32,000 bases of DNA, from assembly GCF_000284455.1 (NCBI RefSeq), contig NC_017039.1:2040001-2072000 (forward strand), in the 5' to 3' direction. The DNA comes from Synechocystis sp. PCC 6803 substr. PCC-P (GTDB lineage Bacteria > Cyanobacteriota > Cyanobacteriia > Cyanobacteriales > Microcystaceae). Each line of letters begins with the position of its first letter. Within the stretch, counting starts at the first letter, position 1. The notes under the pieces are model-generated. The model was not told where the DNA came from. It ran no database searches and saw nothing but the letters and a program-made list of their open reading frames with translations. Of this stretch, positions 1-8,322 are shown in pieces. Position numbers and translations under genes: made by a program.

Positions 1-486
1 GAAAATGGAGCCGTAAACGTTGGGCTTATTCAACAGCACACAGGCATCGTTGGTTAGATAACGGGTGGGAAAATTGTCCGTACCATCGATGACAATGTCG
101 TAGGGGGCAATGATGTCTAGAGCATTGGCGGAGGAAATCTGGGTTTCGTAGAGGTCCACCTGACAGAAAGGATTAATTTCCATAATGCTCTGCTTGGCAG
201 ACTCGATTTTGGGCTTGCCTACCCAGGAAGTGCCGTGGATGATTTGCCGTTGCAGGTTGGAAGTATCAACAATGTCAAAATCCACCAAACCGATCCGTCC
301 TACCCCCGCTGCAGCCAGATAGAGTAGCAATGGGGCACCTAGACCCCCGGAACCAATGCACAGGACACTGGCGGCCTTGATACGTTTTTGGCCGTCGAGC
401 CCCACCTCCGGCAAAATAATGTGGCGGGAATACCGTTGGTAGTCGTCTTGGGAGAGTTCAATCTCTGCTAGGTTTGGGTTAAGCAT
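1..486 (-). CDS. moeB: MoeB/ThiF/HesA-family E1-like adenylyltransferase, partial (truncated by window start)
   Basis: Open minus-strand frame from ATG at 486 to the window edge: MLNPNLAEIELSQDDYQRYSRHIILPEVGLDGQKRIKAASVLCIGSGGLGAPLLLYLAAAGVGRIGLVDFDIVDTSNLQRQ. It contains the RYSRHIILPEVG and GxGGLGxP nucleotide-binding motifs and the DxVDxSNLQRQ motif. Confidence 0.9.
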   Translation of the reverse strand, partial: MLNPNLAEIELSQDDYQRYSRHIILPEVGLDGQKRIKAASVLCIGSGGLGAPLLLYLAAAGVGRIGLVDFDIVDTSNLQRQIIHGTSWVGKPKIESAKQSIMEINPFCQVDLYETQISSANALDIIAPYDIVIDGTDNFPTRYLTNDACVLLNKPNVYGSIF

Positions 487-621
487 TGCTGTTGTTCACG
501 GAAAATCATCGTCGGGACTATGGCCGCAACGAACCTATCATTTTAGTCTTTTTGGCGGCGGCACTACCATGGTTTTGGTGTGAAGATTGTTAAATAGAAT
601 TCTTATTTTTGCTTAAACAAT

Positions 622-1026
622 ATGGCTACTCTCCAGGATTCCCGGGATAAGAATGTGTTGGGCGGTGACCTCAAATGTTGCTGTAAGTCACCGTTGACGG
701 GCTTTTACCGTAATGGTTATTGCCAAACGGGGCCGACGGATTTCGGCCGCCATGTGGTTTGTGCCCAGGTGACAGCGGAATTTTTAGAGTTTTCCAAAGC
801 CCGGGGCAATGATCTTTCCACACCCCAACCGGCTTACCAATTTCCCGGATTAAAACCAGGGGATAAATGGTGTTTATGTGCGGCCCGCTGGCAGGAAGCA
901 AAGGATGCGGGCATGGCTCCGCTGGTGGATTTAAGTGCCACCCATGTTTCTGCGTTGGAGGTGATCAATTTGGATGCATTGATTCCCCATGCGTTGCCAG
1001 GACAATTTTCACCGGAAGAAGAATAG
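622..1026 (+). CDS. DUF2237 family protein
   Basis: 134 aa ORF: NVLGGDLKCCCKSPLTGFYRNGYCQTGPTDFGRHVVCAQVTAEFLEFSKARGNDLSTP, typical of the DUF2237 family. Confidence 0.85.
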   Translation: MATLQDSRDKNVLGGDLKCCCKSPLTGFYRNGYCQTGPTDFGRHVVCAQVTAEFLEFSKARGNDLSTPQPAYQFPGLKPGDKWCLCAARWQEAKDAGMAPLVDLSATHVSALEVINLDALIPHALPGQFSPEEE

Positions 1027-2010
1027 ATGATTGACCAAATTATTGATGAAGTTACGGATTCAGATCCCTATCAAGAATTGTTGGTAACGGCCGATGGCGT
1101 TGCCGAAGGCACACTGGGTGTCCGCCTGGATAAATGGTTGGCGGAACAGCTACCAGAGTTGTCCCGTTCCCGTTGTCAAAAATTGATTGAGTCGGGGCAG
1201 GTGCAACGCAATGGGTTAGTTTGTCAGGATAAAAACTTGATCCTCAAAACTGGCGATCGCCTGGTGGTTAATATTCCTGAGTTGATTCCTTTGGATGTGG
1301 TGGCCCAGAATATTCCCTTGGATATTTTGTATGAGGATGAACAGTTAATTATCATCAACAAGCCAGCGGGATTGGTGGTGCATCCCGGCCCTGGTCATCC
1401 CGACGGCACAGTGGTTAATGCTTTGTTGGCCCATTGTCCCGATTTGGCTGGCATTGGCGGCGTGCAAAGACCGGGCATTGTCCACCGTTTGGATAAAGAC
1501 ACCACTGGAGCGATGGTGGTGGCCAAAACTGAATTAGCACTGCATAACCTACAGGTTCAACTCAAGGAGAAAACTGCTCGCCGTCTGTATTGGGGCATTG
1601 TTTATGGATCTCCAAAGGAAATTCAAGGCACGGTCAATCTCCCCGTGGGCCGTCATCCCGGCGATCGCCAGAAAATGGGTATTGTCCCGGTGGAAAAAGG
1701 GGGTCGGGAAGCGGTTACCCATTGGCGACTGTTGGAAAGGATTGGGAACCACAGTTGGTTGGAATTTCAGCTAGAAACGGGCCGTACCCACCAAATTCGG
1801 GTACACAGTAAGCAAATGGGCCATCCTTTGGTAGGGGATAATCTCTACACTTCCCCTGGCAGTGTCAACGTCAACCTGCCCGGCCAAGCCCTCCATGCCC
1901 ACCAGCTTTCCCTCATCCATCCGGTGAGCGGAGAAATAATTACGGCGATCGCCCCTATGCCAGCCCATTTTGAAAAGCTGTTGGTTTATTTGCGGCAAAG
2001 AATTCCCTAA
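1027..2010 (+). CDS. rluD: RluA/RluD-family 23S rRNA pseudouridine synthase with S4 domain
   Basis: 327 aa. S4-like N-terminus (RLDKWLAEQLPELSRSRCQKLIESGQV) and catalytic motif GIVHRLDKDTTGAMVVAK. The ATG directly abuts the preceding stop codon (TAG 1024-1026). Confidence 0.9.
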   Translation: MIDQIIDEVTDSDPYQELLVTADGVAEGTLGVRLDKWLAEQLPELSRSRCQKLIESGQVQRNGLVCQDKNLILKTGDRLVVNIPELIPLDVVAQNIPLDILYEDEQLIIINKPAGLVVHPGPGHPDGTVVNALLAHCPDLAGIGGVQRPGIVHRLDKDTTGAMVVAKTELALHNLQVQLKEKTARRLYWGIVYGSPKEIQGTVNLPVGRHPGDRQKMGIVPVEKGGREAVTHWRLLERIGNHSWLEFQLETGRTHQIRVHSKQMGHPLVGDNLYTSPGSVNVNLPGQALHAHQLSLIHPVSGEIITAIAPMPAHFEKLLVYLRQRIP

Positions 2011-2059
2011 ATGTTGCTATGGATGCAAGGAAGGGATAAATAGACTCTAACCAAACTGA

Positions 2060-2082
2060 ATGTGGTCTAATTTTGGCCACAT
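2060..2082. terminator. Candidate stem-loop between convergent genes
   Basis: ATGTGGTC-TAATTTT-GGCCACAT: 8 bp stem with one G-T pair and a 7 nt loop, located between convergent ORFs. No clear T-tract. Confidence 0.3.
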
Positions 2083-2134
2083 CAAGGAAGGCTCGAAAAT
2101 TAATTAAATTAGGAGCTGAATTAGCTTAGGAGAG

Positions 2135-2866
2135 TTAATAAGCCCCATTATTGTTGGGAAACAGCATCACACCCAGGGTTTTAGCGATGATCAGTAAATC
2201 CAACGTCATGGTGCGGTAATAGACGTAATAAACATCAATTTGCACCCGCTCAGGATAGGGAATATCGTTGCGGCCAGAAACCTGCCATAAGCCGGTTAGC
2301 CCTGGCTTAATGCTCAGAACTTGGTTAATTTGACGTCCATACTTGTGCAACTCCTCCGGCACCAAGGGACGGGGCCCCACCAAGCTCATATCCCCCTTGA
2401 GCACATTCCAGAATTGAGGAAATTCATCCAGGCTAGTCAGGCGCAAAAATTTGCCAATCCAGGTAATGCGGGGATCATTACGGAGTTTGAAGTTCTTTTC
2501 AAATTCTTCTCTGGTTTGAGGACAGCCCGCCATCAGCTTTTCCAACACCTCATCGGCATTGGTGACCATGGTGCGGAACTTAATACATTTGAAACGTTTA
2601 AATTTGCGCCCCACCCTTTCTTGCACATAGAAAATAGGCCCCGGAGAGCTGACCGCAATCATTAGGGCGATCGCCAGGTAGAGGGGGGAACAGAGAACCA
2701 GTACCGACAGGGAGAAACAGATATCGAATACCCTTTTAGCCACGGTTCCGGTGAGGGAACTGGAGCGGGAACCTTGATACCTTCTCGGAGAGACCGTTGG
2801 ATAAAATCCGCGTCTCATCAAAGCACGGAGGGCTTTTACAGAGATCGGTGAGCTATTGGCAGTCAT
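2135..2866 (-). CDS. Polyprenyl-phosphate priming sugar transferase (WbaP/RfbP-type, bacterial sugar transferase family)
   Basis: KRVFDICFSLSVLVLCSPLYLAIALMIAVSSPGPIFYVQERVG...FLRLTSLDEFPQFWNVLKGDMSLVGPRPLVPEEL...IKPGLTGLWQVSGRNDI are hallmark motifs. Confidence 0.95.
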   Translation of the reverse strand: MTANSSPISVKALRALMRRGFYPTVSPRRYQGSRSSSLTGTVAKRVFDICFSLSVLVLCSPLYLAIALMIAVSSPGPIFYVQERVGRKFKRFKCIKFRTMVTNADEVLEKLMAGCPQTREEFEKNFKLRNDPRITWIGKFLRLTSLDEFPQFWNVLKGDMSLVGPRPLVPEELHKYGRQINQVLSIKPGLTGLWQVSGRNDIPYPERVQIDVYYVYYRTMTLDLLIIAKTLGVMLFPNNNGAY

Positions 2867-2965
2867 CGTACTCCATCACACATCACACCATATGGTCCTA
2901 ATCATAAAGCCTGAATCGACAATTGTTACGATTCTTTGCTAAATAACTGAGGACTCCCACCGCCA

Positions 2966-4102
2966 CTAAGTCCGACGAGGGGCTTGATGACAGTATTTTT
3001 CCAGCAACGCCAGATACGACGTTTGAAATATTTTAGAAGAAAAACGGTTTGCTTGCAGGAAACAGTTCTCTGAACTGATCTGATGGCTAATGTTGGAAAA
3101 AGTTTCCACTGCTTGCACCAAAGACTCTACTGTTTGTTGATCAAACCAAATCCCGGTGGCAGTTTTGGGATTTTTTTGATAGTCAACTACGGTTTCCAAT
3201 GCCCCCCCACGGCCAAAGGCAATGACTGGGGTGCCACAGGCCTGGGCTTCCACTAGGGCAATGCCAAAATCTTCACAGGCTCCGTAAACAAAGGCTTTGG
3301 CCCTAGCCATGTAATCCTCCACTACGGCATTGGGTTGGGGCCCAAGGATCTGCACGTTGGGTTGAGCCAATTCCTGCAGGAGCGGTAAATCAGGACCATC
3401 GCCAATCACCACTAGGGGCAATTGCAACTGGTTAAAAGCCTGGACAATCAGCTTGACCTGTTTATAGCTCACTAAACGGCAGACTGTCAGGAAAAAATCA
3501 TCTTTTTTTTCTTGGTAGGTAAAACGGTCTAAATTCACGGGGGGATAGACCACATCGGCTGATCGCCGGTAGCAACGCCAAATGCGCCGGGCCGTATGCT
3601 GTGAATTGGCCAAGAAGTAATCCACTCGATTGGCGGAAATCACATCCCATTGCCGTAGTTGGTGGAGCAGGTAACGGGTCAAAATCCCCGGCAAACCCCG
3701 TCCCATCCGACTGTTGTTTAAATAGTCAAAAGTTAAATCCCAGGCATAGCGCATGGGGGTATGGCAATAGCAAATATGAACTTGGTGGGGCGCAGTCAAC
3801 ACTCCCTTGGCCACAGCATGGGAAGAGGAAAGAATAACGTCATACTGTCCCAAGTCCAATTGCTCGATCGCCAGGGGCAAAAGAGGTAAATATTTTTGCA
3901 CTCCCTGTTCTGTCCGGGGAAAATGTTGCAAAAAAGTGGTGCCAATGGAACGGCCGTAAAGATAGCTGTGGGGGTTGGTGGACTCAAAATCAATCAGGGC
4001 ATAGAGATCCGCCGTCACATGACTGAGAATCTCCTGCACCACCAATTCCGACCCCCCCGTGGCCTTCGGGGTGAGCCACTCGTGGACTAGGGCGTACCGC
4101 AT
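2966..4102 (-). CDS. GT4-family glycosyltransferase
   Basis: 378 aa. HICYCHTPMRYAWD, FLANSQHTARRIWRCYRRSADVVYPPV, and EDFGIALVEAQACGTPVIAFGRGGALETV (C-terminal GT4 nucleotide-sugar site). Confidence 0.93.
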   Translation of the reverse strand: MRYALVHEWLTPKATGGSELVVQEILSHVTADLYALIDFESTNPHSYLYGRSIGTTFLQHFPRTEQGVQKYLPLLPLAIEQLDLGQYDVILSSSHAVAKGVLTAPHQVHICYCHTPMRYAWDLTFDYLNNSRMGRGLPGILTRYLLHQLRQWDVISANRVDYFLANSQHTARRIWRCYRRSADVVYPPVNLDRFTYQEKKDDFFLTVCRLVSYKQVKLIVQAFNQLQLPLVVIGDGPDLPLLQELAQPNVQILGPQPNAVVEDYMARAKAFVYGACEDFGIALVEAQACGTPVIAFGRGGALETVVDYQKNPKTATGIWFDQQTVESLVQAVETFSNISHQISSENCFLQANRFSSKIFQTSYLALLEKYCHQAPRRT

Positions 4103-4105
4103 GCC

Positions 4106-5392
4106 TTAGGTTCTGCCCCGCAGTCGCATGGCCATTTCATTCCGCACCGGAGCCATTTCCAAAGCTACTTCCTCGGTGATCCGCCCTTCTTGGTAGAGAT
4201 TAAATAGGGATTGGTTGGCAGTTATCATACCGTCGTACTCCCCATCCTCCATCAGTTCAGCAATTTCATCGTACTTGCCTTGGCGAATATAATCCTTGAC
4301 CGTTTCCGTATTAATCAGAATGTCATGGAAACCGGCCCGTTTCCCATCGGTAGTACGGCATAAACCTTGGGCAACGATGGCCACCAAAGATTCGGCGATC
4401 GCCGTCCGCATGGCTGGTTGTTCCTCCGCTGTGTAGAGGGTCAAAATCCTTTCTAGGGTCTTAATGGCACTGTTGGTGTGCAGGGTTCCCATGACCAAGT
4501 GACCGGTTTGGGCAGCTTTGAGGGCGGTGTTCACCGTACTCCGGTCCCGCATCTCCCCAATCAGGATAATATCCGGGTCTTCCCGCAGAGAAGCCTTCAG
4601 AGCGTTGTCGAATTCCAGGGTGTGCATGCCCACTTCCCTTTGGCGGATCAAGGAACGACGACTTTGGTGTACAAATTCAATCGGATCTTCAATGGAAATG
4701 ATGTGTTTGGCATGCTCCTTGTTGATGTAGTCCACCATAGCGGCCATGGTAGTGGATTTACCGGAACCGGTGGGCCCCGTCACTAGAATCAGGCCTTTGT
4801 GGGAGTCGGACACAGTACGCAAAATATCCGGCAAGCGCAACTGTTCCAGGGTCAAAATCTTGAGGGGAATAATCCGCAGTACCATGGCGGAGCCCAACAG
4901 ACTTTCAAGAACGTTAATCCGAATCCTGGCAAAGTCGTACTGCTTTGCTCCGTCAAATTCCAATTCCCGCTTGAATCGTTGGATTTCATCCTCAGTGAGA
5001 ATTTCCCGCAGCCAACTCATGAAAGTTTGCTGATCCGTTGGCTCATAGCGGAGGGGCACCATTTCTCCCCGGTCCCGCATGCGAGGCACCTCCCCTATCC
5101 CCAGGTGAACATCGGAAAAACCTTGGTCAAAGGCACTGCGAATTAACTCCTCCAGACTAGGTTGTCCTGGCGATCGCCCTAGGTTGGCATGGCTTGGGGC
5201 TGGTGGGCTAGTGGGTAAATTGGGTGTCGGGGGACGATGTTGCGGTTGGGGCTGGCCAATGCTGGGGGGAGCTGGCATAAACTGAGTTTCCGGAGCCATA
5301 CTTTCTTGCCGAATGGACGACGCAGGTCGCCCAGCAGGATTGTTGGGAAGGGGGGGCAACGGGGGAACAGAGGGGCGGGGAGGTTGGTTCAT
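4106..5392 (-). CDS. pilT2: Type IV pilus twitching-motility ATPase, PilT family (PilT2-like), with proline-rich N-terminal extension
   Basis: Walker A GPTGSGKSTT, DPDIILIGEMRD (Walker B region), TGHLVMGTLHTNSAIKTLERI. About 80 aa Pro-rich leader. The second-copy name is by recall of Synechocystis gene order. Confidence 0.92.
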   Translation of the reverse strand: MNQPPRPSVPPLPPLPNNPAGRPASSIRQESMAPETQFMPAPPSIGQPQPQHRPPTPNLPTSPPAPSHANLGRSPGQPSLEELIRSAFDQGFSDVHLGIGEVPRMRDRGEMVPLRYEPTDQQTFMSWLREILTEDEIQRFKRELEFDGAKQYDFARIRINVLESLLGSAMVLRIIPLKILTLEQLRLPDILRTVSDSHKGLILVTGPTGSGKSTTMAAMVDYINKEHAKHIISIEDPIEFVHQSRRSLIRQREVGMHTLEFDNALKASLREDPDIILIGEMRDRSTVNTALKAAQTGHLVMGTLHTNSAIKTLERILTLYTAEEQPAMRTAIAESLVAIVAQGLCRTTDGKRAGFHDILINTETVKDYIRQGKYDEIAELMEDGEYDGMITANQSLFNLYQEGRITEEVALEMAPVRNEMAMRLRGRT

Positions 5393-5507
5393 GGGATTTT
5401 TTCACCGGATTTTGCACTTGTGGCACAGCTAACCCCCGGTAAACCTTTGATGCAGACAGAGGAGACGATACAGCCTGCAGCAACGAATATAACCGGTCGA
5501 ATTCAAT

Positions 5508-5525
5508 GGGGACATTGGGGACATT
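5508..5525. repeat. Tandem 9-bp repeat GGGGACATT x2
   Basis: Direct reading: 5508-5516 and 5517-5525 are identical. Confidence 0.85.
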
Positions 5526-5557
5526 ATTTAATAGGTTAAAGACTTTTTTCTGTTTTT

Positions 5558-5644
5558 CGTCAGTTGTTTAACAAAACGACGCATTTGTTTCCCCACGTTT
5601 GTCCCTATGTCCTTAATGAGATTCAAGCGACAAATTGTTAACAA
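5558..5644. promoter_or_regulatory. Two related palindromes, TTGTT(T)AACAA
   Basis: TTGTTTAACAA at 5564-5574 (inside CGTCAGTTGTTTAACAAAACGACG, 5558-5581) and TTGTTAACAA at 5635-5644, both in the intergenic region upstream of pilT. Confidence 0.4.
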
Positions 5645-5830
5645 ATGTAAAACTAACTGAGTCTTGCATTAATTGCCTTCTCCATGCCGTCTCCAGCACA
5701 AAAAAGAAAAATGTGGGGATCAAAGCTAAACGACAAACTAGCCATGAAATCAGGCTTTAAACTGAGATAAATAGAGTTGAGGTTAATTTTTACCTATGGC
5801 TGGGAAACAGCAGAGTGTAAGAATAATGAA

Positions 5831-5858
5831 TAAATGTCAATGATTAAATGTAAATAAT
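5831..5858. repeat. Imperfect tandem 14-bp AT-rich repeat
   Basis: TAAATGTCAATGAT (5831-5844) followed directly by TAAATGTAAATAAT (5845-5858), 12/14 identical. Confidence 0.7.
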
Positions 5859-6018
5859 TATAAAGAAATCTCAGTTTCTCGAAGTCGTTGCCTATACTGG
5901 ACTCAACAGCCCCCAGTCGGAGCCTTCAATTTGGGCACCGTTGTTTGGGGTCTGCCTCACCCGATTGTTGTTGTTGGAGTTAATAGTTATGGAGCTTTCG
6001 TCAAGGGAAGGAGTAGGA

Positions 6019-6363
6019 ATGAGCTATATGCTCGTCCTAATGAAGAGTTTTTCTGTTTGGACTTTCACCCTGTTAGTTTGTCTATTGGTGGTCGGTTTCC
6101 CGCTGGTGTTTTTGGTCGCTACAGTGGGGGTTTTGGCGACGGTGGTATTACAGTCAGTTTTACCGATGAGTGCTGTGCTCTTAGTAGCCAGCAGTCTTTT
6201 GGGAGGGACAGTTTTATTGGTTCTTTCTGGGGCCGCCACCTTGACCGCCAAAGGAATCCATCCTCAGGAAGTGCGTTGGTTAAGTTGGCTCCATGGGGAA
6301 ACTAATTTAATTCATAAACCCATGTTTGCATCCTGCCCGTTGACGTGCAGTCTCATTCAGTGA
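6019..6363 (+). CDS. Small hydrophobic (probable membrane) protein, uncharacterised
   Basis: The track ORF starts at 5941. The internal ATG at 6019 is preceded by a good SD (AAGGAG, 6008-6013). Protein MSYMLVLMKSFSVWTFTLLVCLLVVGFPLVFLVATVGVLATVVLQSVLPMSAVLLVASSLLGGTVLLVLSG has likely TM segments. Confidence 0.65.
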   Translation: MSYMLVLMKSFSVWTFTLLVCLLVVGFPLVFLVATVGVLATVVLQSVLPMSAVLLVASSLLGGTVLLVLSGAATLTAKGIHPQEVRWLSWLHGETNLIHKPMFASCPLTCSLIQ

Positions 6364-6522
6364 TTAATTTTTGTCGATCTTTTGCTTAATTTAATTCTCA
6401 GCTTTTCCAAAGCCCAAACGCTTTTGTTTGACTTCTTGCCTGTTCTTATCAACCCCGTCTGAAGCAGCCTATGCCCAAGTCGGGGTTAATTATTTGTGTT
6501 TTATTTTTCCGCCGTTGAAGAG

Positions 6523-7158
6523 CTAGGGCATCAACAATTGGGCATCCCCCGGCTGGGAAAGTCCAGGTTGATTGGGAGCTGTAACGGCTGGGGGCGCCGT
6601 TGGATTCTGATCACCTTGTTCCCCCGAACCAGAATCTGTTCCATTGGATGCGGCCTGGGGGCGATAAAGTTCGGCGAGAAAATCTACTAATTCCTGCCGT
6701 TGTTTCCGATTTAGCCCGGCAATAAGTTGGCGATCGCCATCGAGGGGACTTGTTTGGAGAGTGGAAAAACCGGGATAACGCTCCGGCACCATTTGATCAT
6801 TGGCACCAAGGTAATCCGCTAGGGTTAAACGCCAATCAAAACGATAGCGGGTTGGCCTTTTTTGTATATCGCGGTGATATCGGATCATCCGACTGATCAG
6901 GGTATTCTCCGGATCTGGGCTACCATCGCTTTGGCGGCGGTAATCGTTACCCTTGGGCAAATCGGGAAAACGAGCGTAAACCTGCTGAGCAATTATTTCC
7001 ACCACCACCGTATATCCTCCGGCGGGCACTCCCTGAGCGGGCGGGGCCGGCTGAGCCTGGGAAACAGCCCCCCACTGTCCGGGACTATGGAGTAGCATGG
7101 TGAGCAAAAAGCTCAGACAACCCAATAGTAACGTCAGGGGAAAAAGGGGCTTAAACAT
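6523..7158 (-). CDS. Exported/secreted protein of unknown function; start reassigned
   Basis: The track ORF starts at 7221 and would overlap rpoZ. The Met at 7158 gives a signal-peptide-like start, MFKPLFPLTLLLGCLSFLLTMLLHSPGQWGAVSQAQ, followed by GGYTVVVEIIAQQVYARFPDLPKGNDYRR. Confidence 0.75.
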   Translation of the reverse strand: MFKPLFPLTLLLGCLSFLLTMLLHSPGQWGAVSQAQPAPPAQGVPAGGYTVVVEIIAQQVYARFPDLPKGNDYRRQSDGSPDPENTLISRMIRYHRDIQKRPTRYRFDWRLTLADYLGANDQMVPERYPGFSTLQTSPLDGDRQLIAGLNRKQRQELVDFLAELYRPQAASNGTDSGSGEQGDQNPTAPPAVTAPNQPGLSQPGDAQLLMP

Positions 7159-7171
7159 GGAACTGGGGGAA

Positions 7172-7402
7172 TTAATTATCGCTAATAATTTCTGGGCGGG
7201 TGAGCTCGTCGGACATTTCAATGATGGCCCGGATAGCCGGCTTCATGTTGGGATCGTCAATGCTGTCAAAATCTTCGGAGCGATTTTCCTTGGCTCGCTT
7301 GGCTACCCTGACAGTAATGTTGTAGCGGTTTGATGCGGCTCCTAGGAGCTCTTCGGAACGATAAATAATGTGGTTAGAATCCAAATTACTACGCTTGGTC
7401 AT
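7172..7402 (-). CDS. rpoZ: DNA-directed RNA polymerase omega subunit (cyanobacterial RpoZ/Ycf61)
   Basis: 76 aa: [73 protein letters not shown]. Confidence 0.9.
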   Translation of the reverse strand: MTKRSNLDSNHIIYRSEELLGAASNRYNITVRVAKRAKENRSEDFDSIDDPNMKPAIRAIIEMSDELTRPEIISDN

Positions 7403-7570
7403 GGTAAACAGGCGATCGCCATTCGGAAAAGCAAAAAAGCAGAAACCGGGTGGAAGAAAAATCCGCAGAATACGCTTCCCAGTCTAGCGGAAAATTACCT
7501 CGGCTCCATCCCAACTGACCTAATATTGACCCTCCCCTCTATCGACATATCGACAGTGCATCCATTAACC

Positions 7571-7957
7571 ATGGACGAAAATATCGGCCTAAGCCTAGGC
7601 ATCGAACAATTTAACCGGCAAGATTTTTACGCCTGCCATAACACCCTCGAAGCAGTGTGGCTAGAGGCTAACCCGACGGAGAAAAATTTCTACCAAGGTA
7701 TTTTGCAAATTGCCGTAGCCCACTATCATCTTGGCAATCACAATTGGCGGGGAGCAGTGACTTTACTGGGGGAGGGTATCCGCCGCTTGAAGGGTTTTCG
7801 CCCTGACCATCGGGAAGTGGATATAGAGAGTTTATTTCGGTCCAGCGTTTTGCTGTTAGAGAATCTACAAACTATTACGCCAGAAAATCTCCCCCAATGG
7901 TTAGAATCCGCTGCAGCGGAACAACTAACCCCCCAAATTGAGATTAAGTCGAAATAG
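7571..7957 (+). CDS. DUF309 domain-containing protein; start reassigned
   Basis: The track ORF starts at 7370, overlapping rpoZ. Family-like sequence starts at ATG 7571: MDENIGLSLGIEQFNRQDFYACHNTLEAVWLEANPTEKNFYQGILQIAVAHYHLGNHNWRGAVTLLGEGIRRL. Confidence 0.8.
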   Translation: MDENIGLSLGIEQFNRQDFYACHNTLEAVWLEANPTEKNFYQGILQIAVAHYHLGNHNWRGAVTLLGEGIRRLKGFRPDHREVDIESLFRSSVLLLENLQTITPENLPQWLESAAAEQLTPQIEIKSK

Positions 7958-7979
7958 TGCCAAAAAGATCCAAACACTG

Positions 7980-7988
7980 TGCTAGCAT
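7980..7988 (+). promoter_or_regulatory. Candidate extended -10 for tRNA-His
   Basis: TGcTAGCAT 22 bp upstream of the tRNA 5' end. No convincing -35. Confidence 0.35.
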
Positions 7989-8009
7989 GGTTAATGCCGA
8001 AAGCGAAAC

Positions 8010-8083
8010 GGCGAGCGTAGCCAAGGGGTTAAGGCAGAGGATTGTGGTTCCTCCACTCGTGGGTTCGAATCCCATCGTTCGCC
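8010..8083 (+). tRNA. trnH: tRNA-His (GUG)
   Basis: GGCGAGCGTAGCCAAGGGGTTAAGGCAGAGGATTGTGGTTCCTCCACTCGTGGGTTCGAATCCCATCGTTCGCC. Acceptor GCGAGCG/CGTTCGC, anticodon stem GAGGA/TCCTC around loop TTGTGGT, T arm GTGGG-TTCGAAT-CCCAT. Encoded G-1 opposite C73 is characteristic of tRNA-His. The CCA tail is not encoded. Confidence 0.97.
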
Positions 8084-8134
8084 CTTACAGATACGGTTGG
8101 AAACCATGGCTCGCACCATCTGTGTCTATAGGAA

Positions 8135-8187
8135 AATTTAAGTATTTTTCAAAAATTCTTAGATTACCTAAATGTCAATTTAAGTAT
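8135..8187. repeat. 11-bp direct repeat AATTTAAGTAT, 42 bp apart
   Basis: 8135-8145 and 8177-8187 are identical by direct reading. Confidence 0.7.
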
Positions 8188-8242
8188 GGGCTATTCCCCC
8201 AGGTTTTTGGGTACTTGTTTACCCTAGCCAGTTTTATGGCTT

Positions 8243-8272
8243 TTTACAAAACTTTGCCTGAGCCGCTATAGT
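8243..8272 (+). promoter_or_regulatory. Sigma70-type promoter for the DUF760 gene
   Basis: -35 TTTACA (8243-8248), 18 bp spacer, -10 TATAGT (8267-8272). ORF starts at 8323. Confidence 0.6.
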
Positions 8273-8322
8273 GGAAGGTAATGCCAGTGATTAAAAGGTC
8301 AGTCCGGAGTTAGGGAGTAATA

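Noticed and set aside
4478-5539. Several plus and minus ORFs (102, 70, 95, 115, 91, 100 aa) over pilT and its upstream edge
   Set aside because: Overlapping shadow frames of pilT with no plausible start context or recognisable protein features.
7957-8271. 104-aa plus-strand ORF in the track
   Set aside because: It runs straight through tRNA-His (8010-8083) and the downstream promoter region, with no family-like sequence. Chance frame.
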